From an uncultured Alphaproteobacteria bacterium (GTDB taxonomy: Bacteria > Pseudomonadota > Alphaproteobacteria > JAJFIK01), in the NCBI GenBank assembly GCA_964522525.1, contig CAZFWG010000015.1, forward strand, positions 1,861 to 65,860: a stretch of 64,000 nt of DNA, written 5' to 3'. The position numbers were made by a program, and so were the translations under genes. The number at the start of each line of letters is the position of its first letter. The first letter of the stretch is position 1. The notes under the pieces were generated by a model. That model saw only the letters and a list, made by a program, of their open reading frames with translations. It did not search any database and was not told where the DNA came from. Of the stretch, positions 18,613 through 29,778 are shown piece by piece.

Positions 18613-20211
18613 GTGGGCATGACAGGGCAATGGATGGACGGTTCAAATCGGCGGCAACCCGCCAGGGGGACAGGGCTTGGGCGGACGGCCCTTTTGGCCG
18701 GCGTGGTTTTGGCCAGTGTGTCGGGAACACCGGCGCTCGCCCGGGAAGGCGGCGATACGGACGCCATGGAAACCGCCCTTGCCGCCGGCTACAAGGCGAC
18801 CTTTACCTGCTCGGCCCTGTTCAATGCCGGCCGTGATCTCGACACGGTGAGTGCCAATGAACTCACCCGGATCTACCCGACCTATCGGGAACGTCTTGCC
18901 GGTTTGCCCGATGCGGAAGTGGATCGCGGGCGCAAGATCGTCACGGTCGCCTGGAGCGAGGATTTGCCGCCACGGGTCGCGGCCTGGCGTCCGGTTTTCG
19001 GTTGTTCCCAATTGCCCATCGCCGCGCGGGTCGGCATGGCCGCGCGTTTGCCGCGCTATCGCGGCACCATCCCGGAAGACCCCGGTCCCGAAAGCGGCAC
19101 GGCCCTCTCGCCGAGTGCCGCGCCGGTCGCTGTCGCCGATCAGAAGCGCCTTGATGCCGTGGTGGCCGATGCCTTCTTGCCCGCCAAATACAGTGATGAG
19201 GTCAAGACCAGTGACCTGGTGATCGTCCGCAAAGGAACGGCCGTCACGGGCCGCTATGTAACCGATCCGGCCCGACCCGATGCCGTCGTGTCCGAGGCTT
19301 CTGCGGTCGATCCTTTTCGCGATGGCATCAAGACCAGCGGTGTGGTGATTGTCCGTAACGGCACCATTGTCGCCGAACGCTATGCCCATGGCATCACGGC
19401 TGAAACTTCCCAGAGGACCTGGTCCGTCGCCAAGAGCATTTCAGCGAGCGTTATCGGCGCGGCTGTCCATCAGGGCCTGATCGTGCCTGAGGATCCGGCC
19501 GCGCTCACCCAATGGTCGAGCCCAGGTGATCCTCGGGGCAATATCACTCTGACCCATCTTCTTCATATGGCGAGCGGGCTTGATTCCGGGACACGGGGCT
19601 CCCGGACCGACCGTCTCTATTTCGGGGGCGGACGGGTCATCGATCTTGCGGCCACGAAGTCCCTCGAAGTCGCGCCGGGCACGCGGTTCAAATATTCGAA
19701 CAATGATACGGTGCTGGCGATGCGGGCTCTTCGCGAGCGCATGGCTGATGACACGGCCTATCACGCCTTTCCGTATCAATCCCTCCTTTGGAAGATTGGC
19801 GCCAGGCGGACGGTTCTGGAAACGGACTGGAACGCTGATCTATTATCCTCGAGTCAGATCTGGACCATCGCGCGGGATCTGGCGCGGCTCGGCCAGCTCT
19901 ATCTCCAGGACGGTGTGTGGGATGGGGAGCGCCTCCTGGCCGAAGGCTGGGCAAGCTTCGTCGCGACGCCCGCACCGGCCCAGCCGGCCGACGGGTGGGG
20001 TTACGGCGCCCAGTTCTGGCTTCCCAACGGGGACGATGGTCTGCCCTCGGATGCTTATATGGCGGTGGGACACCGGGGCCAGTATATCGTGATCATTCCC
20101 AGCCGGAACACGGTCATAATCCGCCGGGGCTTTGATGCCAGCAGCGGTCCGCGTTTCAAGATCACGCGCTTTGCGGCCGATGTCCTGGCGGCCCTCGGTC
20201 CGGCCAAATAG
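18613..20211 (+). CDS. Serine hydrolase, beta-lactamase/transpeptidase fold, with a long N-terminal extension
   Basis: 532 aa with signal peptide RTALLAGVVLASVSGTPALA. S-x-x-K active site SVAKS, YSN motif (KYSNND), HRG-like late motif. Confidence 0.7.
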   Translation: MGMTGQWMDGSNRRQPARGTGLGRTALLAGVVLASVSGTPALAREGGDTDAMETALAAGYKATFTCSALFNAGRDLDTVSANELTRIYPTYRERLAGLPDAEVDRGRKIVTVAWSEDLPPRVAAWRPVFGCSQLPIAARVGMAARLPRYRGTIPEDPGPESGTALSPSAAPVAVADQKRLDAVVADAFLPAKYSDEVKTSDLVIVRKGTAVTGRYVTDPARPDAVVSEASAVDPFRDGIKTSGVVIVRNGTIVAERYAHGITAETSQRTWSVAKSISASVIGAAVHQGLIVPEDPAALTQWSSPGDPRGNITLTHLLHMASGLDSGTRGSRTDRLYFGGGRVIDLAATKSLEVAPGTRFKYSNNDTVLAMRALRERMADDTAYHAFPYQSLLWKIGARRTVLETDWNADLLSSSQIWTIARDLARLGQLYLQDGVWDGERLLAEGWASFVATPAPAQPADGWGYGAQFWLPNGDDGLPSDAYMAVGHRGQYIVIIPSRNTVIIRRGFDASSGPRFKITRFAADVLAALGPAK

Positions 20212-20276
20212 CGCCGTCATTCGACGCGGATCATTCAGCGCGGGTGAAGAGGTTCACCCGCGCTCCGCCCTTTGAG

Positions 20277-21545
20277 TTAGAGCGCTTCCAGCGAATTGTA
20301 GATCGCGGACAGCAGGGGATTCGTGCGCCGGCGGACATTCTCGTCGCCAAACGCCATCTTGTTCATGACATAGGAATAGGTCATGCGCTTGTCGAAATCG
20401 ACCACGATGGATGATCCGCCGAAACCGCCCCAGAAGATCGTGTTCGGATTGGGGAATGGGGTTGTCTCATTGGGCAGGCCGTAGCCCATGCCGAAACGGG
20501 CGGGCGTGCCGAAGACAAGATCGATCCCGCTGATCTGTTCCTGCAAGGCGGTGCGCGTGCCCTGTTCGGAGAGGATGCGTGTGCCGAAGGCCGAGCCCCC
20601 ATTGGCCATGACGGCCTGGACCCGCGCCACGGAGCGCGCATTGCCGATACCGTTCGCTGCCGGAATTTCCGCCCGCTGCCACTCTTTGGTACGCGTATAG
20701 AGGCTCCCTTGGAGAGGGACGCTGCCATATACGCGGGCGGGGATGGAATCGGGTTCGGGCCGGGGCGCCTCCTCGAACACTTCCGCCGGGATCGGGATCA
20801 GCTCGCCGACACGGGCATCCACGTCCGGCGTCGTGCCGATGTGGAAGTCGGCGCCCAGCGGTCCGGCGATTTCCTCGCGGAAGACCGTACCAAGAGTTTT
20901 GCCCGTGATCCGGCGCACCACTTCGCCGACCAGGAAACCCTGGGTCACGGCGTGATAGCCCGAGGCCGTGCCCGGTTCCCACCAGGGGGCCTGGGCGGCA
21001 AGGAGGCCGGTCACCCGGTCCCAATCATAGAGTGTTTCGATCTCGAGTTCTTCGTCCCACCCGGGAAGACCGGCCGTGTGGCTCATGCAATGGGAAACCA
21101 GAACGCCTTCCTTGCCGTTCTGCGCGAATTCCGGCCAGTAGCGTGAGACGGGTGCGGAGAAATCAAGTTCACCCCGATCGGCCAACATCAAGGCGACGAG
21201 GGCCATCATGGTCTTGGTCGTGGAGTAGGTGGTGACCACCGTGTTCTCGGCCCAGGGCGTGGTCCTTGCCTCATCGGCATGGCCGCCCCACAGGTCCACC
21301 ACGACCTGCCCCTCGAGGGTGACACAGACGGAGGCGCCGACTTCAAGCCCATCGGCGAAGTTCTGGACGAAGGCGTCGCGCACGGCCGAAAACCGTTCGT
21401 CGAAATGTCCTTCGATCATACCCATCTTTTGATCTTCGTCCCGCGCATGGAGACGGGTGATGCCCGCCATGGGGGCAAGGAACAGGGCGGATCCTCCCAA
21501 GAGGAGCTGGCGACGATCAATGGACAGGCTCATGGCGTTCGACAT
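20277..21545 (-). CDS. Serine hydrolase, beta-lactamase family (class C-like esterase), Tat-type signal
   Basis: 422 aa. Twin-arginine-like N-terminus DRRQLLLGGSALFLAP. S-x-x-K motif STTK. Y-x-N and WGG motifs. Confidence 0.75.
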   Translation of the reverse strand: MSNAMSLSIDRRQLLLGGSALFLAPMAGITRLHARDEDQKMGMIEGHFDERFSAVRDAFVQNFADGLEVGASVCVTLEGQVVVDLWGGHADEARTTPWAENTVVTTYSTTKTMMALVALMLADRGELDFSAPVSRYWPEFAQNGKEGVLVSHCMSHTAGLPGWDEELEIETLYDWDRVTGLLAAQAPWWEPGTASGYHAVTQGFLVGEVVRRITGKTLGTVFREEIAGPLGADFHIGTTPDVDARVGELIPIPAEVFEEAPRPEPDSIPARVYGSVPLQGSLYTRTKEWQRAEIPAANGIGNARSVARVQAVMANGGSAFGTRILSEQGTRTALQEQISGIDLVFGTPARFGMGYGLPNETTPFPNPNTIFWGGFGGSSIVVDFDKRMTYSYVMNKMAFGDENVRRRTNPLLSAIYNSLEAL

Positions 21546-21701
21546 CCCTGATTGGTTTCTGAATGAGGATTGTGGGCAAAACCTAGCCTATCGACGAAGC
21601 CCGCGCAAAGCGGGCGCGTCCTAGATCTGTCAGGGGTAATGACCCGTGGACAGAGCAATTTGCGACACCTTGGGCTCTTCCCACTGGCGCGCGCTGCCCT
21701 C

Positions 21702-22655
21702 TCATGATGACTCGGTGATCAGGGGTGGCAGTGGCGCCCGATTGACGCGCAGTTCAAAAATGTCGGGCCGTGAATAGTGACCCGCGATGTCCGTCGCGGA
21801 CTTGGCCCGGCGGACGGTGTCGAGGTCACCTTCCGCGATCAGAATGCCTTCGCCCTCCACGCTGCCGTCCATGGGTCCGGCGATGATCTCTCCCCTCGGA
21901 TCGATGATGCAGGCACCGCCATTGTGTTCCCATTCGCCCAAGGGGCGGTATTTGTCCGGGATATCCTTCGACAACCGCATACCGGCCGCACAGATCACAT
22001 AGGCCGAGGCCTGGGCCGCATAGGCGCGGGACAGGAAGACCTGACGGGTCCAGCAATATTCACCGGGCGGGGCGTCTCCCATGCGGCCTGGCCAGGCGGC
22101 GACATGGATCTGCGTGCCTTGCGCGACCAGGGCATAGCCCGGCAGCATCATCTGGTGTTCCCAGCAATTGAGGCCGCTGATCCGGCCATAGGGACGTTGA
22201 TGGGCCACGAGACCCACCGCGTCCCCGTCGCCCCAGACGAGGCGTTCCGCATGGGTCGGTTTCAGCTTGCGGTGACGGCCGAGAATTTTCCCTTCCCGTC
22301 CGATAAAGAGCAGCGTGCAATAGGCTGTGCCCGCCGTATAGGGATCAAGCTCGGCCACGCCGATCGCCACGTCGATGCCGTGTTCCCGTGCGGTGGCGCA
22401 AAGGCGGTCGGTTTCCGGCCCGGGAATGGGGATCGCGTTGGCGAGATACTCCGCGCTCGCCTCCCACAGGAGCTGGTTTGTCGGACCGTCGACGAAAAAG
22501 GGATAGCCCGGCAGCCAGGTTTCCCCGAAACCGGCCAGGTCGGCTCCCCGCGCGGCCGCCTGGGCGATCAGGGAACAGGCTTTCTCAAGGCTGGCGGTCT
22601 TGTCGAAAAGGACCGGCGCGGCCTGGATGGCCGCGAGTTTGAAACGCTCGCTCAT
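21702..22655 (-). CDS. Carbon-nitrogen hydrolase family protein (nitrilase/amidase-like)
   Basis: 317 aa. KLAAIQAAP...GETWLPGYP (catalytic Glu), HRKLKPT (Lys), CWEH (catalytic Cys) is the classic nitrilase E-K-C triad context. Confidence 0.8.
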   Translation of the reverse strand: MSERFKLAAIQAAPVLFDKTASLEKACSLIAQAAARGADLAGFGETWLPGYPFFVDGPTNQLLWEASAEYLANAIPIPGPETDRLCATAREHGIDVAIGVAELDPYTAGTAYCTLLFIGREGKILGRHRKLKPTHAERLVWGDGDAVGLVAHQRPYGRISGLNCWEHQMMLPGYALVAQGTQIHVAAWPGRMGDAPPGEYCWTRQVFLSRAYAAQASAYVICAAGMRLSKDIPDKYRPLGEWEHNGGACIIDPRGEIIAGPMDGSVEGEGILIAEGDLDTVRRAKSATDIAGHYSRPDIFELRVNRAPLPPLITESS

Positions 22656-22749
22656 GGGGCTCCCCTGCTGCGCATCGTGGGTGCAGTCGACGGTTCTTGC
22701 GATCTATCTTCCGCGCAGTGTAGAGCGAGAAACGGAAGCGAGGCGAGAC

Positions 22750-23439
22750 TCACGCCCAGCCGGCGAGCCAGGCATTGATCGCCGCCGTCGCAGGCGCCGC
22801 GAGGGCCGGTCCGTGCCGCGCGGTCTCCTCCCGGAGCTGTGGCACGGAGACGCCCGGTGTCTGGCTGATCTCCAAAGTGTGACCGATGAACCAGGGTTCG
22901 AGCCCCTGGATGCCGGCCTCCAGGTGGAATTGCAGGCCCAGGCCGAAATCGCCGACGGCAAAGGCCTGGTGGGGACAATCCAGCGTGTGTGCCAGGGACA
23001 AAGCCTCTTCCGGCAGCGCGACATTCTCCCCATGCCAGTGGAGCACCGGCACATCCGCAAGATGGCGCAGCGGGCTCGTCTGCCCCGCCTCGGTGAGCGT
23101 GACGGGCATCCAGCCGATCTCCGGTCGGGGCGCCGGTGCCACGGAGGCGCCAAGGGCGCGGGCCATGACTTGCGCGCCAAGGCACAGGCCGAGGGTCGGT
23201 CGCCCGGCGGCCAGGCGAGTTTCGGCAATGCGGATCTCCTCGACGAGGAAGGGATAGTCGACCGTGTCATTGGCGCTGATTGGTCCGCCCAGCAGGATGG
23301 TCAGGTCTGCGCTTTGTGCCGGTGCCAAATCGTCGAGGCTCGCCTCCAGATAGCGGATACGCGCGCCGTGCGTTCGGAGCAGGGGCTCGAACAGGCCCAG
23401 ATCCTCGAAATGCACATGGCGAATGGCGATCACGTCCAT
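22750..23439 (-). CDS. Class I (type 1) glutamine amidotransferase-like protein
   Basis: About 230 aa from MDVIAIRHV. GLCLGAQ nucleophile elbow; downstream His/Glu. Confidence 0.7.
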   Translation of the reverse strand: MDVIAIRHVHFEDLGLFEPLLRTHGARIRYLEASLDDLAPAQSADLTILLGGPISANDTVDYPFLVEEIRIAETRLAAGRPTLGLCLGAQVMARALGASVAPAPRPEIGWMPVTLTEAGQTSPLRHLADVPVLHWHGENVALPEEALSLAHTLDCPHQAFAVGDFGLGLQFHLEAGIQGLEPWFIGHTLEISQTPGVSVPQLREETARHGPALAAPATAAINAWLAGWA

Positions 23440-23560
23440 GAATGGCCTTTCTGTTTTGAAATTCATCATCCCTACCGCGGGATCGTCGGATCAGCTATCC
23501 CGAAGGAAACATCCGCACCGACACCCGGCCGGGTGGCCATATGGAAGGGGAACAGGAACG

Positions 23561-24670
23561 ATGAAAACAAGGGCCGCCATTGCCTTCGAAGCCGGCAAAC
23601 CCCTGGAAGTCACGGAGGTCGACCTGGAGGGCCCGCGCGAGGGTGAGGTCCTGGTGGAGATCAAGGCCACGGGCATCTGCCATACGGACGCCTATACCCT
23701 GTCGGGCAAGGACCCGGAAGGCGTGTTTCCCGCCATTCTCGGCCATGAAGGGGCGGGCGTCGTGTTGGAGGTCGGCCCCGGCGTAACCTCGGTCGCGCCC
23801 GGCGATCACGTGATCCCTCTTTACACGCCGGAATGTCGGGAATGCGACTACTGCCTTCATCCGCGTACCAATCTGTGCCAGAAGATCCGGGTGACCCAGG
23901 GCCAGGGCGTGATGCCCGACGGCACCTCCCGCTTTTCCTACAAGGGCAAGCCCATCCTCCACTATATGGGCACCTCCACCTTCGCCAATCACACGGTTCT
24001 GCCGGAGATCGCCGTGGCGAAAGTGCGCAAAGACGCTCCCTTCGACAAGATCTGTTATATCGGTTGCGGCGTCACCACCGGCATCGGCGCGGTGATGTTC
24101 ACCGCCAAGGTGGAGCCCGGCAGTCGATGCGTCGTGTTCGGTCTGGGCGGCATCGGGCTCAATGTCATTCAAGGGCTGAAGCTCATCGGTGCGCGTCAGA
24201 TCATTGGTGTCGATATCAATGGTGACCGGGAAGCGCTCGCCCGCGACTTCGGTATGACGGATTTCGTCAATCCCCGGACGGTCGAGGGCGACCTGGTGGC
24301 CCATCTGGTGGAGCTGACCGGTGGCGGCGCCGACTACAGTTTTGAATGCATCGGCAATGTGGAGGTGATGCGCCAGGCGCTCGAATGCTGCCACAAGGGG
24401 TGGGGCGAGAGCATCGTGATCGGTGTCGCGCCGGCGGGGGCGGAGATCGCCACAAGGCCTTTCCAGCTTGTCACGGGACGGGTCTGGCGGGGCTCCGCTT
24501 TCGGGGGCGCGCGGGGCCGAACGGACGTGCCCCGCATCGTGGATCTCTATATGGAGGGGCAGATCCGGATCGATGATCTGATCACCCACACCATGCCCCT
24601 TGAGGAGATCAACACGGCCTTCGACCTGATGCATGAAGGCAAGAGCATCCGGAGCGTGGTGGTGTATTGA
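23561..24670 (+). CDS. frmA: S-(hydroxymethyl)glutathione dehydrogenase / class III alcohol dehydrogenase
   Basis: 369 aa. MKTRAAIAFEAGKPLEVTEVDLEGPREGEVLVEIKATGICHTDAYTLSGKDPEGVFPAILGHEGAGVV and GLGGIGL cofactor site, with high similarity to FrmA/AdhC. Confidence 0.9.
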   Translation: MKTRAAIAFEAGKPLEVTEVDLEGPREGEVLVEIKATGICHTDAYTLSGKDPEGVFPAILGHEGAGVVLEVGPGVTSVAPGDHVIPLYTPECRECDYCLHPRTNLCQKIRVTQGQGVMPDGTSRFSYKGKPILHYMGTSTFANHTVLPEIAVAKVRKDAPFDKICYIGCGVTTGIGAVMFTAKVEPGSRCVVFGLGGIGLNVIQGLKLIGARQIIGVDINGDREALARDFGMTDFVNPRTVEGDLVAHLVELTGGGADYSFECIGNVEVMRQALECCHKGWGESIVIGVAPAGAEIATRPFQLVTGRVWRGSAFGGARGRTDVPRIVDLYMEGQIRIDDLITHTMPLEEINTAFDLMHEGKSIRSVVVY

Positions 24671-24810
24671 GCAAAACGCCGTTTTGTTCAAAGGCCGCTG
24701 TCGGTTTTGACGCGGGGTGGTGATATGCGGCAGCATACGGGCGCGCCATACATGCCGAAATGATGACATCCTTCGACAACAAACCAATCACCAAGGCCCT
24801 GGAGGTTCTC

Positions 24811-26745
24811 ATGATACGAGCCCGTTTCCTTCCGCCACTATCGTCCGTCTCTGGCCTATCCCGGCTGCTGTTTGGCGGGGCCGTCCTGGCGCTTGTTCAC
24901 GGGGCCGCTCCTGTGGCGCAGGCCCAGGAGACGGCACCGGATGATCGTTATGTCTGGAACCTGACGGATCTGTACGAGACGCCGGATGCGTGGCAGGCCG
25001 AATATGACCGCATCAAAGGCGAGATGGATGGGCTCGCCGCCTATAAAGGAACCCTGGGCAAGAACGCCCCGTCTCTCCTCAAAGCCTCAGACAGCATCAG
25101 CGGGATCTATAAGGAGGCCGTCCGGCTTCTGGTCTATGCCACGCTCAAGGCCGACGAGGACACGCGCATTCCGACCAATGAGGAACGGCGTCAGCTCGCC
25201 CAGGCTCTGCTCGCGGATCTGGGCGAGGCGGTGAGCTGGTTCAATCCGGAAATCCTCAAAGTCGGCGACAAGCGCATCAAGCGGTTCCTCGATCGGGAAG
25301 AAGGGCTCGCCAAACACCGCTTCTCCCTGGAGGACGTGTTGCGCCGCGGCCCCCACACCTTGGGTGATGAGGCCGAGCAGGTCATGGCCGCGACGGCCGT
25401 CGTCACCAACGCGCCGAGCGGGATCTACAATATTTTCGCCAATGCCGATATGCCGTGGCCGGAGCTTAAACTCTCCAGCGAGACGGTTCCCGGTGGGGAA
25501 CCCATCCGCCTCAGCCAGTCGGCCTATACCCGCTATCGCTCGGCTGCCAATCGCGCCGATCGCAAGGCCGTGTTCGACGCCTTCTGGGGCACCTGGGCCG
25601 ACTACGAGAACACTTTGGGCACCGTGCTCAACGCCCATATCCGCAGTCTGAATTTCGCGACCAAGGCGCGCAAACATGAAACGTCCCTGGGGCGGTCCCT
25701 GTTCGACGACAACATGCCCGAAAGCGTCTACCGGACCCTTGTGGACGAGGTGAACGAGGCCCTGCCGACGCTCCATCGCTATTTCCGCCTGCGGACACGG
25801 ATGCTGAAGATCGAGGATGGCCTGCGCTACTACGACATCTATCCGCCGCTCGTTCAGCTCGACAAGACCTTCACCATCGAGGATTCCATCGCCCTGACCC
25901 GGGAGGCTCTCCGTCCTCTGGGTGAGGAATATCTCGCGGACTACAATGGGGCCATCGAAGGGGGGTGGATGCATGTCTATCCCCAGGAAGGCAAGCGCGC
26001 CGGCGCTTACATGTTCGGCAGCGCCTATGACGTCCATCCCTATGTGCTGCTCAATCACAATGATGATTATGAGAGCATGTCGACCTTCGCCCATGAATAT
26101 GGGCATGCGGTGCATTCGGTGCTTGCCAATAAGGTCCAGCCCTTCGAGACGGCGAATTATTCGACCTTTGTCGCCGAAACCGCGGCGATCATGAACGAAA
26201 TGCTGCTCCAGGATTACATGGTCGCCAATGCGGAAGATCCGAAGGAGAAGCTCTATTATCTGGGCAATGGCCTGGAGAGTCTGCGCGGGACGTTCTTCCG
26301 GCAGACCATGTTCGCGGAGTTCGAACTGGCCATCAACGAGATGGTGGAACGGGGCGAGGTCCTGACCGGATCGAAACTCACGACCCTCTATCTCGGCCTC
26401 CTCAAGAAATATCACGGCCATGATCAAGGCGTGATGACCATTGATGACGCCTATGCCATCGAATGGGCCTATATCCCCCATTTCTACTATGACTTCTATG
26501 TCTACCAATATGCGACGTCGATCGCGGCGGCCGCGGATCTGGCCACCCAGATCGGTGCCGGCAGCGCGGAGAGCCGGGACGCTTTCATCACCATGCTGAA
26601 AGCCGGGGGCTCCGACTTTCCTTATACCCTCATGAAGGCGACCGGCGTCGATCTTGCGACCGAGGCTCCCTATGAGGCGTTGGAAGCGCGCATGAATGCG
26701 ATCATGGACGAGATGGAAAAGCTGCTCGACCAGATCGAGGAGTAA
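24811..26745 (+). CDS. M3 family oligoendopeptidase (oligoendopeptidase F-like), secreted
   Basis: GGAGG RBS at 24801. Signal peptide LLFGGAVLALVHGAAPVAQA. Zinc site HEYGHAVH (HExxH) plus downstream E. ORF may start at 24760. Confidence 0.8.
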   Translation: MIRARFLPPLSSVSGLSRLLFGGAVLALVHGAAPVAQAQETAPDDRYVWNLTDLYETPDAWQAEYDRIKGEMDGLAAYKGTLGKNAPSLLKASDSISGIYKEAVRLLVYATLKADEDTRIPTNEERRQLAQALLADLGEAVSWFNPEILKVGDKRIKRFLDREEGLAKHRFSLEDVLRRGPHTLGDEAEQVMAATAVVTNAPSGIYNIFANADMPWPELKLSSETVPGGEPIRLSQSAYTRYRSAANRADRKAVFDAFWGTWADYENTLGTVLNAHIRSLNFATKARKHETSLGRSLFDDNMPESVYRTLVDEVNEALPTLHRYFRLRTRMLKIEDGLRYYDIYPPLVQLDKTFTIEDSIALTREALRPLGEEYLADYNGAIEGGWMHVYPQEGKRAGAYMFGSAYDVHPYVLLNHNDDYESMSTFAHEYGHAVHSVLANKVQPFETANYSTFVAETAAIMNEMLLQDYMVANAEDPKEKLYYLGNGLESLRGTFFRQTMFAEFELAINEMVERGEVLTGSKLTTLYLGLLKKYHGHDQGVMTIDDAYAIEWAYIPHFYYDFYVYQYATSIAAAADLATQIGAGSAESRDAFITMLKAGGSDFPYTLMKATGVDLATEAPYEALEARMNAIMDEMEKLLDQIEE

Positions 26746-26785
26746 GCTTGTCGGGATCCGGGTCTGGGGGCTTGTGCCCCCAGGC

Positions 26786-29644
26786 TCAACCCAGTGACGC
26801 GATCAAATCCGTCAGGGCCTCATCATGGGGCGAGGATGTTTCCGTGAGACTTGCCGGCGGTTTGGGCTGGGCGGGGCCGTTTGAGGCCTGCGCCCCGATC
26901 CGGGGCAGTGTCTCGTCGTCCGTCGACGGGGCCCAGTTTGTCTGTTCAAAGACAGACACGATGGCCGTGTGCAGGGAATCGATGTCGATCGGTTTGGGAA
27001 GATAGGCCGTGAAGCCTGAAGCCATGTAGGTTTCCCGGTCCCCCTGCATGGCATTGGCGGTGAGCGCGATCACGGGGGTCAGGCACAGGGGATGGGGCAG
27101 GACCCGGATCACCTTTGTCGCCGTGACGCCGTCCATGACCGGCATTTGGACGTCCATCAAGACTAGGTGATAGCATCCCTTGCGCAGTCTTTCGACGGCC
27201 TCCTTGCCGTTCGGCGCGATGTCCCAGCTGTGACCCAGCGATTCGAGAATGGTGCCGATCACCTCCTGATTGGTGGTGTTGTCCTCCGCCACCAGAATAT
27301 TGAGGCTGGGGCCCGGCGCCGTGACGTCGGCCTCTCTCGTCCCGGCTAGGCTCTCGGCCGTGCGGGACGACCTTTCCAGGGGCAGTTCGAACCAGAACGT
27401 GCTGCCCTCGCCGGGCGTGCTGTCGACGCCGATCTCGCCACCCATCAGCTCACAGAGCTGTTTGGAAATGGCGAGCCCCAGGCCCGTCCCGCCGAAGCGC
27501 CGGCGGATCGAATTGTCGGCTTGCACGAACTGGGAAAAGAGGCGATCGCATGTGGCCTCATCAAGGCCGATGCCCGTATCGGTCACTTCCGTCAAGATCC
27601 GGACAATGCCGTCACTCTTGGTGCGCACCATGGCGGTGATCTCGACGCTGCCCCGGTCGGTGAACTTGATGGCATTCGACAAAAGGTTCAGGAGCACCTG
27701 ACGGAAGCGGCCTTGATCGCCCCGCACCATTTCGGGGATGCCCGGATCGATCATGCTCCTGATCGTCAGGTTCTTCTCTTCCGCCTTGGTCCGCAGGACG
27801 GCCACGACGCCGCCGATGACCTGGCGCAGATCGAAATCGCTCGTGTCGATTTCCATGCGCCCGGCGTCAAGCTTGGAGAAATCAAGGATGTCATTGAGAA
27901 TGGTCAGAAGGGCGTTCGCGGACTCCCGGGCAAGGCCCACCTGGCCACGCTGCTGATCGTCGAGGGAGCTGCGGCGCAACAGGTCGAGCATGCCCAGCAC
28001 CGCATTCATGGGTGTGCGGATCTCGTGGCTCATCATGGCCAGAAAATCGGACTTGGCCTTGTTCGCCGCCTGGGCCGCGTTCTTGGTTTCGATCAGTTCC
28101 TGCTCGGCCTGTTTGGCCTGAGTGTGATCCACCGCGCATCCGATGATTTCCTTCGCACCGGTCGCCGGATTGATGGCGAGGCGCATATCGTCCCGGAACC
28201 ATCGGTGACCGCCGTCCCGGTGGGCCAACCGATATTGAATGGCCTCGCGCTCTTTCACCATCAGGGACTGCAGGGCCCGCCGATAGGGCGCCCGGTCATC
28301 GGGATGGAGAAGATCGTTGAGGCAAAGGGCCTCCTGCTCACCTTCATCCGGCGCGTAGCCGAGAATGTGCTGTATGCTGCCGGATACATAGGACAGCAAC
28401 AAGGTCGGTTCTTCGTCGCCCTGTGGCGCCGGTGTGGTGTAGAGAATGGCTGCGCAGGAATCGACACTATGCATCAGCTTGGCATGGGTCGTTTCAAAGG
28501 CGATCTGTCCGATCTTCGCCGGGGTGATGTCGAGAAGGGATCCGGACATCTGACGCGGGCGACCCGATGGGTCCGGGCTCATCTCCGCCATGGCGCGGAC
28601 CCAGATTGTCTCGTCACCGCCGCACCGCAGACGGAACTCCTGTCTCAGAGCCTCGCCGGTCTCGAGACTGGCTTCAAAGGCCCGCAAGACGCCGTGGCGA
28701 TCCTGCTCATGAATATGGGCCGTGAAGTGTTCGAAATCGATCTGGCCGTCTCGCGCCTCGTGACCGAGAAGGGCCATGAAGCTGGCCGAGGCCTCGATTT
28801 TCTGGGAGCGGATGTTCCAATCCCACAGGCCGATGCCTGAGCCTTGGACCGTCCGGCCATACCGTTCCTCGCTCGACCGGAGAGCGTAAAGGGCTTCGAC
28901 TTCTTCGTGGATGTCGCGGATGATGCCGCACACACAAATCACATTGCCCCGTTCGTCCCGCTCCGGATTGCCTCGGATCCGCACAAAGCGCGTGTCGCCA
29001 TTGGCCCGTTTGAGGCGGACGTCACAGTCGAACGGCTCACCGGTTTCCATGGCCCGCGTTCTGAAGGCCTCGAGGCGGGCCGCGTCGGCCGGTTCGTAGA
29101 GACGGTCGATATGGTCCCGGGGCGGCATGCCGGGGCCGGGCGTCAGATCATGGATGCGATAGCTGCCGTCGGACCATTGCAGCGCATCGCTCTCGGGATA
29201 CCACCACCACAGACCCGTCCGGCCGATCTCTTCCAGCCGATTCAAGATGTCGCCGGTCGTTGCAATGGCGTCGAGGGATGCGACTTCCAATGTGGCGTCG
29301 CGCAGGTGGCCCAGAAATGTTCCGGGGGTCTCGGAAAGGGCCGAGAGTTCAAGGGCGAGCCAGCGCCACTCGTCCTGCGTGCTGCCTCCGAGGCGCCAAC
29401 TCACGGTCAGCTTGATGCTGTGGTCCGGACGCGGTGTTTCCTGAAGGGCCCGGCGCAGGCCGGCCGCGTCTTCGGCCTGAAGATGGTCGAAGACGACCCC
29501 GGTTTCATCGCCGTCAAGGCCGATGCCGGTCAGGGCCCGTGCCGCGCCGTTCATCCACAGCACCCGACCATCGCGGTCAATGCGCAACAGGGCCATCGCC
29601 AATGTGGCCAAATCCGAATTCGCGACGCCGTCCGAAGACTTCAT
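26786..29644 (-). CDS. PAS/PAC-containing hybrid sensor histidine kinase/response regulator (cytoplasmic)
   Basis: About 952 aa from ATG 29644 (MKSSDG...); alternative GTG at 29707. Multiple PAS/PAC repeats. H-box [22 protein letters not shown]-boxes DTGIGL and GGTGLGLAI. Receiver [15 protein letters not shown]...[14 protein letters not shown]. Confidence 0.8.
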   Translation of the reverse strand: MKSSDGVANSDLATLAMALLRIDRDGRVLWMNGAARALTGIGLDGDETGVVFDHLQAEDAAGLRRALQETPRPDHSIKLTVSWRLGGSTQDEWRWLALELSALSETPGTFLGHLRDATLEVASLDAIATTGDILNRLEEIGRTGLWWWYPESDALQWSDGSYRIHDLTPGPGMPPRDHIDRLYEPADAARLEAFRTRAMETGEPFDCDVRLKRANGDTRFVRIRGNPERDERGNVICVCGIIRDIHEEVEALYALRSSEERYGRTVQGSGIGLWDWNIRSQKIEASASFMALLGHEARDGQIDFEHFTAHIHEQDRHGVLRAFEASLETGEALRQEFRLRCGGDETIWVRAMAEMSPDPSGRPRQMSGSLLDITPAKIGQIAFETTHAKLMHSVDSCAAILYTTPAPQGDEEPTLLLSYVSGSIQHILGYAPDEGEQEALCLNDLLHPDDRAPYRRALQSLMVKEREAIQYRLAHRDGGHRWFRDDMRLAINPATGAKEIIGCAVDHTQAKQAEQELIETKNAAQAANKAKSDFLAMMSHEIRTPMNAVLGMLDLLRRSSLDDQQRGQVGLARESANALLTILNDILDFSKLDAGRMEIDTSDFDLRQVIGGVVAVLRTKAEEKNLTIRSMIDPGIPEMVRGDQGRFRQVLLNLLSNAIKFTDRGSVEITAMVRTKSDGIVRILTEVTDTGIGLDEATCDRLFSQFVQADNSIRRRFGGTGLGLAISKQLCELMGGEIGVDSTPGEGSTFWFELPLERSSRTAESLAGTREADVTAPGPSLNILVAEDNTTNQEVIGTILESLGHSWDIAPNGKEAVERLRKGCYHLVLMDVQMPVMDGVTATKVIRVLPHPLCLTPVIALTANAMQGDRETYMASGFTAYLPKPIDIDSLHTAIVSVFEQTNWAPSTDDETLPRIGAQASNGPAQPKPPASLTETSSPHDEALTDLIASLG

Positions 29645-29778
29645 GGCGGGTTGCCCTTCACACCGGGAGCCGGGACCGAGACGGTCCGGGTCATGCTCGA
29701 CGAGCACCCGTTTTAATAGTAATTCTGTCTAAAGAAACCCTTTTGAGGAGGGTGATCGCATGGTTAATGACTTGACGC

